The translations under genes and the position numbers were made by a program. A DNA stretch of 63,708 bases, filler included, from Octopus bimaculoides (taxonomy: Eukaryota), in the NCBI RefSeq assembly GCF_001194135.2. It is 6 parts of 6 records of this genome, joined end to end, with 100 filler letters (N's around TTAATTAATTAA, not from the genome) between each part and the next. Parts side by side here need not be neighbours in the genome. Positions count along the whole stretch, not along the records: positions 42,832 to 53,884 come from NC_069001.1; positions 53,985 to 58,884 come from NW_026395682.1; positions 58,985 to 61,680 come from NC_069007.1; 3 more parts are not named here. One strand, given 5' to 3'. Below are positions 48,528 to 61,139 of this stretch, in pieces (the stretch's first letter is position 1; each line of letters opens with the position of its first letter). The notes under the pieces were generated by a model. The model was not told where the DNA came from, did not search any database, and saw nothing but the letters and a program-made list of their open reading frames with translations.

Positions 48528-49150
48528 TACATGATGGCCGTCCACTTGTGATCGAGGAACACCATTGCTGACCTTCAGGAACATTGTGCGCTCTAAGACT
48601 AACTTATATTTTGCATTTGCGTCTCGGTAGGTGGCTAATGAGCCCTTCTCTTGACAAGTATACACGACTGCAAACGATGCAAACCAAGCTTTCCCCATTC
48701 ACCATACCAGCAGTGCGCTTTCGAGCAGCACGCTTAAGTTCTTCATGCAGAATACGTGCTCTTTCAAAAGCGTCTACCCCCTCCATCTGTGCTCTCCCAG
48801 TTATTCTCCTGCATATCACAGGCCTTTAATCAGGACTTGACACAGTCCTTAAATCACAGCCTTGGTTTCTACCGGGGTCTCTTTCCATTCACAAGTTCCC
48901 CATATAGCATCTGCTTAGGAATCCTGCTATCCTTCATTCTAAGGTGTCCAGTGCAACGTAACCAGTGCTTGTGCACCATCGCCTCAATACTCAAGATATC
49001 AGCTGTCTTCAGGACCTGTGTGCCTGGAGATTTTAAGGTCCAGCCAACATTCAGAATGTGTCTCAGACATCTCTGATGAAAGCATTCAAAGACCCTTACA
49101 TGACGTTTGTAAAGGGTCCATGTCTTACATGAGTAAAGGAGCAATGTCAG
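48528..49150 (-). mobile_element. RTE-clade LINE, 3' fragment (post-RT region and C-terminal zinc finger)
   Basis: LLYSCKTWTLYKRHVRVFECFHQRCLRHILNV..WLRCTGHLRMKDSRIPKQMLYGELVNGKR..LVCIVCSRVYLSREGLISHL (stop 48604-48606); short 3' UTR running into (TA)n. Confidence 0.92.
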
Positions 49151-49410
49151 TACACACCAGCATCGGTTGTCAAAGCGATGTTGGGGGAGGGGACAAACAC
49201 AGACACACAAAGATATACACACATACATATACATATACATATATACGACGGGCTTCTTTCAGTTTCCGTCTACCAAATTCACTCACAAGGCTTTGGTCGG
49301 CCCGAGGCTATAGTAGAAGACACTTGCCGAAGGTGCCACGCAGTGGGACTGAACCCGGAACCATGTGGTTGGTAAGCAAGCTACTTACCACACAGCCACT
49401 TCTGCGCCTG
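49151..49410 (-). mobile_element. SINE family A, 3'-truncated, joined to the RTE fragment
   Basis: High identity to the reverse complement of 1122-1415. Confidence 0.92.
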
Positions 49411-49641
49411 CACATATACATACATATCCTTACATATACACGCATACTCACAGACAGACATGTGCATATACACATATTCGTAAATATACAGGCTATCACG
49501 CGCACACGGTAAGCAGACTAAAGAATAAATGTAGGATAAGATAAGTAAAATAAATAAAATATATATATATAAAATGAAGAAGGAATATAAAATAAAACGA
49601 AGTAAAATCAGTCCTTGGTTTTTTCCTGCTTCATGTTACAC

Positions 49642-49748
<107 letters not shown>

Positions 49749-51138
49749 CATATACACATCCGTATATACACACATATATACGTATATGTAGTCACACACA
49801 CACGCACACGCGTAAACGCATATGCATGTATATACGTATATACATTCATACACATATGTATGCATGCTATATCAGACAGTAGAAATAGTTACATGTATCT
49901 GCAGAAGATACGATTTGGCGTGTTATAGTCATGCTAGTGGTGGTGGTGAGGGGCGGGATTTTACGGAGTAGAGGAATCATGCCAGTATACACTCGTATAT
50001 GTATTAAAAAGTGCACACGTACACACATATGTAGATAGTCATAAATACATAAATACGCACACATTTACGCACATATACATACGAATATATACACATGCAT
50101 TGCTGCAAAATACATACGCATGCATACGAAGAAGCACACTTACATGCACATGAACATGCAAGTATATATATACGTGAAGGTGTATACATACGCATACGCA
50201 GGCATACACACACACAAACACGGGTGAATACATGTACGCATTGTCACATAGTATACACCTATAGGTTTATTATACATACATGATGGTACGCAAAGGTATG
50301 TAGGATGATAATGAATTAGTTTTAACAAAGCGATGAAAGTAATAAGACAATATATATATGTGTGTGTGTGTGTGTTTGTATCTATACAGACACATACACG
50401 CACATACATACACACATACACACATATATATACAGATGCACATTCACATATACATATAAACATATATATACATATATATGCATACATACATATTTACTCA
50501 CATACATGCATACATATGCATACATACGCATACGTATACTTGCACAGGTTCATATGTATGTATGTGTATATACACACGTATAAAAGGGTATGGTGAAGAA
50601 ATTTGGTATGTTAAATGGGTGGGTTGGGTTATACGAAATGAATCTGAAATAGATAAATTGCTGGAGTTAAGTAAATAAGATTCAACAATAGATAGTCCTA
50701 ATATACCTGCAATAGATAAGTTATTTGAGTTAAGTAAATAAGGTATAACAGTGGACTCTCCTTTAATGTTAGACGAGATGTTGATTGTTCTTTGGTATAG
50801 AGGCAGGTGGAAGTTATAATATGGACTCACGGGAGAGGGTAGTGCAAACGTCTCGTGCCGTGATGGATTTTAGGTGCATTCACGTCCAGTAATGTGGTGC
50901 CCAAACTGCGATTTGACAAGGAAAAGCTGGTTTTCAAATTGTGGAGGGTGTGGGGTATATAAAAAGCGTTCACACACACACACACACATATACATATATA
51001 CACATATACATATAGACATACAGACACATACTTATACATACATACATACATACATACACACACATAAAACAAAGTTATTTTATTCCACATGGGTAGAAAT
51101 ATAAGAAAAAATAGAAGTTGAAAATGCACTGAGAATAG

Positions 51139-53884
51139 TTAAAATATTTTTTATTAATATATTTGAAGCTTTAACCGTTTACTCTGATCTTCAAAACGTT
51201 CAAATAGAAAGATGTGGCTTATGTCGCAGCTGTCTTGCTTCTGACTAGTGTTTGAAGTTTGCTCTGTTTTTATAGGGAGTTCATGGCTAAAATTAGTATA
51301 TGTTTTGGGTAGGATTTGATTGGTAGAGGATAGTCAAATGACTGGTCTTAGAAATGTTTGTAGGTCCCCCACTACGTCCGTGCATTAGTATTAGTGACAA
51401 TGTTTGGCGTCGTAAGTTAAGGCTGACACAGTTGACTGAACAAGTCCAAATAATGAATGCTCTGAATGTTTTCTGTCAAATGTTTGTAGAGAATGAACAC
51501 ATGATTAAGTTTATAGCCTTTTGTAAGTTTTCCGCTACGTTCTTGCGTTAGTGTCACGTGACAGTATATTTTGCGCCTAAAAAGAAGGCCGACATGGTTG
51601 AGTGAACATGTTTTGTTGTAATCAAGGCACTCCAAATTTAACCTGTCTGTTGGGAGAGTAGCTTCCTCTTAAGTGGTAGAATGAATTTTGTTACAGTTTG
51701 TTTTATCCGTGCTTCATCTGAAGTATTCGCTGAACATAGGTAGAGTGGGAAGACTTGGAATTTGGGAGACTTATTTTTTGCACATATGTTTATGTGATCA
51801 CTCAGTGGAATCTGTCCAGTACTGGGGTCTCGTATTTGTTGTCGGTGAATAGTCAGTCTATGTCTTAAAGTAAGCTTTGTTTGACCAATGTAACCTTCAT
51901 TACATCCTTGACATTTGATAGCGTATATTAAATTCCATGGAGAACATGTAAAATGTTATTGCTTGATTAAAAGGGATATTGTTCTTCGTGTGTTTGGGAT
52001 GGTATGAGGAGAATAGTAAGTATTGTTTAGAATCTGTTTGTTTGTAGTGAATATCTGTTTCAATGATTTTATCTCTTTTGATGATTAGTATATCCAGGAA
52101 TGATAGTTGAGTTTTACTGTATTCCATGGTAAAGTTAATATTATTATTTATGCTGTTGATTAGATTTTTGAAATCGATAAGTTGTTCAAATGTATACGTC
52201 ATCTAATTAAAGTTTCCAGTTTTCTAATAGATATTTGCGGAAGTTCAACTCATATATTAATTTAGATTGTTCATATATCTGGACCACCATGTATGCCATG
52301 ACTAGATTGGCGTAAGTCGGATCAACTTTTATCACCTTTGCAGTCCTAGATATTTGTTTGTAACTATTGCCATCGAAGTCAAAAGAGTTGTTTTGGAGGA
52401 TAAACTTTAATCCTTCAGAGATGAAAGTCCTTTAAATTCTGTTCAGAATTTCATGAAGGAATTTCTCAAGTCAGAAATTTATTGCCTCTAGTCCATATTG
52501 GTGTAGGATTGTGGTATAGAGGTTTACCACACCAAAAGATACAATAGTGATATCATTGTTTACGGATTTTGGAAGGTGGTTTAACAGGTCCAGGTCATCC
52601 TTCACAAGACTTGGTATATATTTTAAAATAGGTTTCAGTAATATGGCTGAAATGTTGCTGAGTCTGTGTGCTTCACAGTTCGGGCCGGCTACGATTAGTC
52701 TAAATTTAAGATCGGTGGGATATTGTATGTTTATGCAATTTGAAGTTGATTCTTTACATGCATTCTTAATAGTTTGATTCTTATGGATTTTTGGGAGACG
52801 GTAGAAGTAGCTACTCTTGCAATCAAAATGGGTTAAGTAGTCACATACTTTGTTTGTTAAACCTTTCTGGTGTATGTGAATGAGTGTTACATCTTAGTCA
52901 TTGTCTTTGGTGGGTCATATCTTCTAATATAGATAATATATATCTTTTTTAGTGTTCAATATCCATAATAACAGTAGCACTTCCCTTATCTGCTTCCTTA
53001 ATTATTATGTCGTTATTGTTTTTCAGTTCATGCGTAATATCCCATTCCTTTCGACTGGTATTGCACTTGATCTTAGGGTGTGGAAGTTCTTTATAAGGGA
53101 AGGTAGAAACAAAATCACAAAAATTTATCTAAAGCTTTATTCTTACCTTTCGTAGGCTTGTGATTGCTCTTGTTTCTTACAATTCAATCGTCCCTGATTT
53201 CTTTATCGTACAATTCCGCTGTTAGGCGTAGTTTTCGGCAGAATTGTGAAATGTCGTTTTATATTTCACTGGAGTTAGGTTGTTACGGTGTTGGGGTTAA
53301 ATTTTAGGCCTTTTGACAAAATATTATTTTCTTCTACTGAGAAAGTTTTTTTTCCGATATGTTAATTATCTTCGGTTTCTCATCTTCGGTTTGTACCATT
53401 TTTTGTACCGATTTTGTACATTTGTTGTTCTGGATTGTGTTTGTTTCTTTCTGAAACTGTCTTTTAAGTTGATATTTTTTTATCCATTGTGTATGTCTTC
53501 GGTTTTGGAGAAAGTTCAGTCCAGTCGGAGGGGAAACTTCGATTGTTTTTGCTGGATTATTTTGCTGTCGAAGTAGTCTTGAATTGTCCTTATGGAACTG
53601 GTGATATAATTTCCATATTTAGGTGTTTGATTAATCAGTTGCTAACAGAGTTTGTAGATGTTTGTAGAGTAACGGGGTTTGTAGAGTACTCAGGGAAACT
53701 ACAAATAAAAACACATCCTAATTTGAGCCATGAACTCCCTGTAAAAACAGGGTAAACTTCAAACACTAGTCAGAAGCAAGACAGCTGCGACATAAGCCAC
53801 GTCTTTCTATTTGAACTTCTTGAAAATCAAAGTAAAATGTGAAATCGGTTAAAGCTTCAAACATATTAATAAGAAATATTTTAA
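51139..53884 (-). mobile_element. Near-complete decayed Penelope-like element (RT + GIY-YIG) with ~170-bp inverted termini
   Basis: Minus strand in order: KPKIINISEKKLSQ..LTPTP..FCRKLRL; FYRLPKIHK; FRLIVAGPNC; VSFGVVNLYTTI; ILQNNSFDFDGNSYKQ..PTYANLVM; NWKL*LDD (decayed YLDD); FTMEYSKTQLSFLDILI..HPKHTKNNIPF; FTCSPWNLIYAIKCQGCNEGYIGQT..LSDHINIC. Inverted repeat 51139-51306 vs 53708-53884. Confidence 0.93.
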
Positions 53885-53984
53885 NNNNNNNNNNNNNNNN
53901 NNNNNNNNNNNNNNNNNNNNNNNNNNNNTTAATTAATTAANNNNNNNNNNNNNNNNNNNNNNNNNNNNNNNNNNNNNNNNNNNN

Positions 53985-54032
<48 letters not shown>

Positions 54033-54317
54033 TACATACACACATACATATATATATACATACACATATACATATATATGATACATATATGCATACATAG
54101 ACATACAGAGATATATGTATGTATGCACGTATGATTATATACACGTGTATGCTCCTTTGATCACAGGTGTTTTCAATCAGAACTTGTCTTTCCTTAATCA
54201 ACAATAACAACAACAGCAACAACATCTGCTAACGCAAGTTAATTAAAGGAGCTGTTATTTTCATGATCGGTCTTATAGAGGGACCTCCCCAAATCTTAGC
54301 CCTACTCCCTGAAAATG

Positions 54318-54476
54318 AACGCAGGGGTGACTGTGTGGTAAGAAGTTCGCTTCCCAACCATATGATTCCGGGTTCAGTCCCACTGTGTGACACCTTGGGC
54401 AAGTGTCTTCTGCTACAGCCTCGGGCCGACCAAAGCCTTATGAGTGGATTCGGTAGATGGAAACTGAAAGAAGCGC
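54318..54476 (+). mobile_element. SINE family A, 5' module
   Basis: gtgactgtgtggtaag...gggttcagtcccactg...ccttgggcaagtgtctt...gaaactgaaagaagc. Confidence 0.88.
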
Positions 54477-54629
54477 AGGGTTTCTGAGGTATATTTGTTT
54501 TTCTAGATGTTTCTGAATAACATTTTTCATCGTTGAATTTGTTAATAGTTGGTTTTTCTCTAAATTATATACGTATTATATGTTGGCAAATTTAATTTTT
54601 CACTGTAAGATTTGGAATTGTATTCCCTA

Positions 54630-54688
<59 letters not shown>

Positions 54689-54959
54689 NNNNNNNNNNNN
54701 NNNNNNNNNNNNNNNNNNNNNNNNNNNNNNNNNNNNNNNNNNNNNNNNNNNNNNNNNNNNNNNNNNNNNNNNNNNNNNNNNNNNNNNNNNNNNNNNNNNN
54801 NNNNNNNNNNNNNNNNNNNNNNNNNNNNNNNNNNNNNNNNNNNNNNNNNNNNNNNNNNNNNNNNNNNNNNNNNNNNNNNNNNNNNNNNNNNNNNNNNNNN
54901 NNNNNNNNNNNNNNNNNNNNNNNNNNNNNNNNNNNNNNNNNNNNNNNNNNNNNNNNNNN

Positions 54960-55027
54960 CTTACAAAGAATAAGTCCTGGGGTCGATTTGCTCGAGCAAA
55001 TCGACCCCAGGACTTATTCTTTGTAAG
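54960..55027. repeat. Perfect 68-bp palindrome made from the SINE A 3' module
   Basis: cttacaaagaataagtcctggggtcgatttgctc|gagcaaatcgaccccaggacttattctttgtaag. Confidence 0.95.
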
Positions 55028-55079
55028 CCTAGTATATATGTGCATATATATATGTATATATATATATGCACATACATAT

Positions 55080-55134
<55 letters not shown>

Positions 55135-55282
55135 TATATATATATACATACGTACATATATACACATGCATATATATGTATACAGGCTTATTTTTTTTAT
55201 TGTCTTACATGTTTTAGTCATGTGTGTGTGGGCATACTGGACCACCGCCGTTGAACTTATATGTATATATATATATATATAT

Positions 55283-55448
55283 ACGACAGGCTTCTTTCAG
55301 TTTCCATCTACCAAATCCACACGCAAGGCTTTGGTCGGCCCGAAGCTATAGTAGAAGACACTTGCCCAAAGTGCCACGCAGTGGGGTTGAACCCGGAAAC
55401 ATGTGGTTGGGAAACAAACTTCTAACCATACGCTAACACCTGCGCCTA
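55283..55448 (-). mobile_element. SINE family A, 5' module ending in (TA)n
   Basis: Reverse complement of about 1122-1290. Confidence 0.88.
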
Positions 55449-55867
55449 TGAAAAGGAGCTTCGAGATAACTTTCATGAAGCATATACCAGGCTTCTCCCA
55501 AGCACTCAAACAAAAATATTTCGTATGTGAACAGACGTAAATACTGCGTGTTTTGCGCATGACCAAGACTGGAAAACTTGTGACGTTTTTACGTAGTTTT
55601 TTTTTTACGACGGCCAATCAAATCAATAGGATTAGTTTATTTCTCGTTGGGTTTACGAATATTTTGTTTCTCTTTCGAGTCACGATATTTCTGATACATC
55701 AGTCGTTTGGATAATCGCAGACGTAAAACTCAGAGTAATAACGATACAAAAAGTTGAAGACATTGAGTATCGTCTCATTTTACTCCGTCTTACAATGCAA
55801 ACATTTACCAATCAATCCTTACATAAACACTCACACAAACACACATACATTAATATACACACACGCA

Positions 55868-55901
<34 letters not shown>

Positions 55902-55934
55902 TTTATCTATACACATATCCGTTAAATATATATA

Positions 55935-55970
<36 letters not shown>

Positions 55971-56289
55971 NNNNNNNNNNNNNNNNNNNNNNNNNNNNNN
56001 NNNNNNNNNNNNNNNNNNNNNNNNNNNNNNNNNNNNNNNNNNNNNNNNNNNNNNNNNNNNNNNNNNNNNNNNNNNNNNNNNNNNNNNNNNNNNNNNNNNN
56101 NNNNNNNNNNNNNNNNNNNNNNNNNNNNNNNNNNNNNNNNNNNNNNNNNNNNNNNNNNNNNNNNNNNNNNNNNNNNNNNNNNNNNNNNNNNNNNNNNNNN
56201 NNNNNNNNNNNNNNNNNNNNNNNNNNNNNNNNNNNNNNNNNNNNNNNNNNNNNNNNNNNNNNNNNNNNNNNNNNNNNNNNNNNNNNNNN

Positions 56290-56344
<55 letters not shown>

Positions 56345-56514
56345 TGGGTGTGTGGGTGTGGGTGTGGGTGTGTGGGTGTGGGTGTGGGTGTGTATTCATG
56401 TTTTCATGTTAAATACGAAGCACACGCACACACACACATATATATGCATATAGATATGTATATATATATATATATACATACAATCATATACATATTCATA
56501 TATATGTATACACG

Positions 56515-56546
<32 letters not shown>

Positions 56547-56702
56547 CATATAGACATATATATATATACATATATACACATAGGTATATATATATATGTA
56601 TGTATGTGTGTATGTATGTCTGTGAGTGTGTGTATGTAACAGAAGCGCATTCAAACATCACTGCATACCTACATACATACAGTCTCACACACACACACAC
56701 AC

Positions 56703-56762
<60 letters not shown>

Positions 56763-57110
56763 AAACCTAAAACACAGGAAGGGTCAAACACACACATACA
56801 TACATACACGCAAACACTGATAGCCGTACATAGCCGTACACATACACAGCACATATACGCATGCGCGCACGCACACACACATACACACACATCTCCTCAC
56901 AAACCAAAGAACTCGTTTGCTTAACACAAGCGCACCATTCTATGGCATGGCACCAGAGATGTTAAAATTTCCTTTGTTTTACCATTATGGTGGTTCCTTT
57001 TGATGTTGGAGTTAATTCTTTACCATTGGAGTGGGGGAATGGTCGGTCTCTGATAAAAGGGCAAATTCGATTGTTGCCTTATAGTTTTTTTTCCTGCTTG
57101 TTTAGGTACA

Positions 57111-57142
<32 letters not shown>

Positions 57143-57144
57143 CG

Positions 57145-57213
<69 letters not shown>

Positions 57214-57861
57214 GTATATATATGTATATATATATATAATTATATATATATATGTATATATATATTTATATATGTATATATATATTTATATATATATATA
57301 TGTATATATATATANNNNNNNNNNNNNNNNNNNNNNNNNNNNNNNNNNNNNNNNNNNNNNNNNNNNNNNNNNNNNNNNNNNNNNNNNNNNNNNNNNNNNN
57401 NNNNNNNNNNNNNNNNNNNNNNNNNNNNNNNNNNNNNNNNNNNNNNNNNNNNNNNNNNNNNNNNNNNNNNNNNNNNNNNNNNNNNNNNNNNNNNNNNNNN
57501 NNNNNNNNNNNNNNNNNNNNNNNNNNNNNNNNNNNNNNNNNNNNNNNNNNNNNNNNNNNNNNNNNNNNNNNNNNNNNNNNNNNNNNNNNNNNNNNNNNNN
57601 NNNNNNNNNNNNNNNNNNNNNNNNNNNNNNNNNNNNNNNNNNNNNNNNNNNNNNNNNNNNNNNNNNNNNNNNNNNNNNNNNNNNNNNNNNNNNNNNNNNN
57701 NNNNNNNNNNNNNNNNNNNNNNNNNNNNNNNNNNNNNNNNNNNNNNNNNNNNNNNNNNNNNNNNNNNNNNNNNNNNNNNNNNNNNNNNNNNNNNNNNNNN
57801 NNNNNNNNNNNNNNNNNNNNNNNNNNNNNNNNNNNNNNNNNNNNNNNNNNNNNNNNNNNNN

Positions 57862-57913
<52 letters not shown>

Positions 57914-58111
57914 GTGTGTATATGTATATATGTTTGTATAATTGTGTATATCTGTATGAATATATCTGTATGTGTGCGTGTGTTTGTGCGTTTGTGCGCG
58001 CGCGCTGGTGTAATCAATGTGGTTTAGAAATCGGCGCTTTTTCTCTTTTTTTTTTCGCGAAAAAACACCGAAAACGTTCAAAGCATTTCTATACAAAGAC
58101 TCATAAAGAGT

Positions 58112-58179
<68 letters not shown>

Positions 58180-58261
58180 TATATATATACATATATATAT
58201 AGCGTTGTATATATATATATGTGTGTATATAATGTGTATATATTTGTATATGTGTGTGTGC

Positions 58262-58299
<38 letters not shown>

Positions 58300-58811
58300 T
58301 TAAACATGACCTTGCTTGTGTACATGTATGTATATGTATATATATGTGCATATATTAAAAATACATTCGCATGCGTGTGCACCCACCAACACACTCTGGC
58401 TCATATATATCTTTGTCAGTATTAAGCTTACATACATAAATATATGATATATATATATATGTTTATGTATATATGTTTATGTATATATGTATATATATAT
58501 GCGTTTGTGTGTGGATTGGATAAAGAGGTTTCTATTGTAAACATAAACACACTCTGTGTGACCTTTCCCCGTTGGTAAATTTGTGTTTCATGTCGCATAA
58601 TTCTTCTTAATCCTTTCTCCATTGTTCCAGACAACAATGAAACGAGAATAACAGCGGCAACAATAACAGACTCCATCCAGAGACAGCGACGGTACATGAT
58701 TGCCGGTTCCAGTCCGGTGCCCTCGCTCTGTTTCATAAACTGACGGCATTGTTGTTGCACCATAGGCATGGGTGTCTAGTCAAATGTCCTTCAAGTCACA
58801 CCGATTACATT

Positions 58812-58884
<73 letters not shown>

Positions 58885-59002
58885 NNNNNNNNNNNNNNNN
58901 NNNNNNNNNNNNNNNNNNNNNNNNNNNNTTAATTAATTAANNNNNNNNNNNNNNNNNNNNNNNNNNNNNNNNNNNNNNNNNNNNTATATATATATATATA
59001 TT

Positions 59003-59160
59003 AAACCGGCTTCTTTCAGCTTCCGACTATCAAATCCTTTCACAAGGATTTAGTCGGACCGGACGCGATTGCAGCATTCGCTTGCCCAAGGTGCCTCGCA
59101 TTGGGACTGAACCCGGGACCATGCGGATGGGAAGCCGACTTCTTACCATACAGCCGCGCG
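59003..59160 (-). mobile_element. SINE family A, 5' module (diverged)
   Basis: ggcttctttcagcttccgac...cttgcccaaggtgcc...gggactgaacccgg. Confidence 0.8.
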
Positions 59161-59560
59161 AAAAACATATGTTTCTAAATTATAAAAGGCAGTTAATAAT
59201 AACAATGGGACGGTATTAACTCGTACGTCCTCATGAAAGTAAGGGTGCAAGCCTACAATAATTAGAAATATACCTTAATTATAGGTCTTCCCAAACTGTT
59301 TAGTATTGTTTTGTGAACACAGACCTATATTAAGTATGTTTATGAGAATTGTAGTTATAATCAGTGTGGTAGAGTTACAAGAGCTTTCAACTGAAAGTCA
59401 ATTATTATTTTTCGTCTAGCCGGTAAAGTAGTGCCCGTGACCCTTTTATAGGGTCACCCAGTTGAGACAGGTTGGAAAGAGGGAAGGAAAGAAGGAAAGA
59501 AAAGGGAGAGGAGAGCTGGAAGGAAAGAGGAAAGGAGGGAGGGAAGTGTCCTCAAAGTGT

Positions 59561-59854
59561 TGGCCTGACCCGAATACTTGCAACTACAGAGATGACCCTG
59601 CAACATGCACCAAAGGCCCTAGGAAGTCTTGTTTAATCGGACGACGGGTTAAATATGTCTAACACTAACATTTCACTAATTCATCTATGGCGGGATTTTA
59701 ATTCATGACGCAGAGAACCGGAGCAGACACCGCAAGGCATCCAATGTCCTCAGACTGCTGACCTGGCCTGAATACCTGCAAAAACAGAGATGACCCCTGC
59801 TAAGTGCACCAAAGACCCAGGAGAGCTTGTTTAATCGGACGACGGTTTACATAT
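59561..59854. repeat. ~95-bp direct repeat pair (59561-59656 and 59759-59854)
   Basis: Shared cagagatgaccc..tgcaccaaag..cttgtttaatcggacgacgg; about 80% identical by eye. Confidence 0.85.
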
Positions 59855-60374
59855 ATCATATCACCACAGCAGACTGAATTCGAACTCATACCGTTAAAAA
59901 CCGGAATAAATGCTGCAAGACATCTCGACCGATGTTTTCCCATTTCCGCCAATCCACTACTCTAGATATATACATTTTTATCGATCCCGAAGGAATAAAA
60001 GACGAAGCAGAACTTGGCGTCAAAATTTTAAAAAACCTGAGAAATATCCCAAGGTTTTTTCTCATATATTCTTAAAATTCCGTCAATCCACCATCTGAAA
60101 TTGGTACATTTTGTATCAGATCTGAGTTCAGTGGTATTTGAAACCAAACCGTAAAGAATCGGAAACAATATCATGAGGCATTAGACCCGACGTTTCAACT
60201 TCCGCAGCTCGTTGCCTATAAATCTTGTGACATGGTTCTTAGGTCCATATTACATTTGTTGGTGTTGCAGTTGTAGTTGTTAAGCCCCAAGGTCAGCTCT
60301 CACTGAATAGTCCTGTGATTAAAAACCGTCAAATATTTGCCATTCGCTTTTTTTTTTTATGTTAGTGTGTCATA

Positions 60375-60672
60375 GCACTCCGTCAGTTACGTCGACGAAG
60401 GTTCCAGTTGATCCGATCAACGGAACAGCTTGCCCGTGAAATTAACGTGCAAGTGGCTGAGCACTCCACAGACATGCGTAACCCTTAATGTAGTTCTCAG
60501 GGAGATTTAGCGTAGCGCAGAGTGACAAGGCTGGCCCTTTGAAATATAAGCACAATTCATTTTTGCCAGCTGAGTGGACTGAAGCAACGTGAAATAAAGT
60601 GTCTTCCTCAAGGAAACGACGCGTCGCCGGGAATTGAACTCACGAACTTACGATCGTCAGCCGAATACTCTA
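60375..60672 (-). mobile_element. SINE family C (left arm of a head-to-head pair)
   Basis: B/C tail, CORE-like block, and a head truncated within the A-box. Confidence 0.88.
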
Positions 60673-60676
60673 CTAC

Positions 60677-60970
60677 TAGGGTATTCAGCTCACGTTCGTA
60701 CGGTCGTGATTTCGATTCCTGACAGCGTGTTGTGCCCTTGAGCAAGACACTTTATTTAAACGTTGCTCCAGTGTGTTCAGCTGGCAAAAATGAGTTGTAC
60801 CTGTAATTCAAAAGGGGCCAGCCTTGTCACACTTCGTGTCACACTGAATCGCCACGAGAACTTCGTTAAGGGCTCGCATGTCTGTGGAGTGCTCATCCAC
60901 TTGCGCGTTAATTCCACGAGTAGGCTCTTCCGATGATCGGATTAACTGAAACCCTTGACGTCGTAGCCGA
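60677..60970 (+). mobile_element. SINE family C (right arm of a head-to-head pair)
   Basis: tagggtattcagctcacg...gatttcgattcc...cccttgagcaagacacttta...B/C tail. Confidence 0.88.
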
Positions 60971-60974
60971 TAGA

Positions 60975-61075
60975 AAGGGAAAGTCAATCTCGGCGGAAAT
61001 TGAGCTAGGATCGTAAAGACGGACGAAATGCCGCTAAGCATTTTGTGCGGTGTGCTAACGATCTCTCAGTTCACC
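60975..61075 (-). mobile_element. SINE family D, 5' fragment
   Basis: aaagtcaatctcggcggaaattgag...gacggacgaaatgccgctaagcatttt; further diverged D-like pieces at about 59870-60220. Confidence 0.75.
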
Positions 61076-61139
61076 TTTCATCGTTTCATAAATAATATAA
61101 TATGCTTCCATCCATCCATCCATCCATCCACCCACCCAC

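Noticed and set aside
51552-51563. 12-bp palindrome tgtcacgtgaca downstream of the PLE endonuclease as a hammerhead stem III
   Set aside because: No CUGANGA or GAAA boxes in the correct order on either strand.
58428-58769. Minus-strand ORF with a transmembrane-like stretch (MESVIVAAVILVSLLSG)
   Set aside because: No GPCR or other motif; explained as the antisense of the plus-strand acceptor and exon candidate.
59437-59457. 8-bp hairpin gtgaccct-tttat-agggtcac as a Helitron 3' end or terminator
   Set aside because: No CTRR downstream, far from the Helitron, and intrinsic terminators are irrelevant here.
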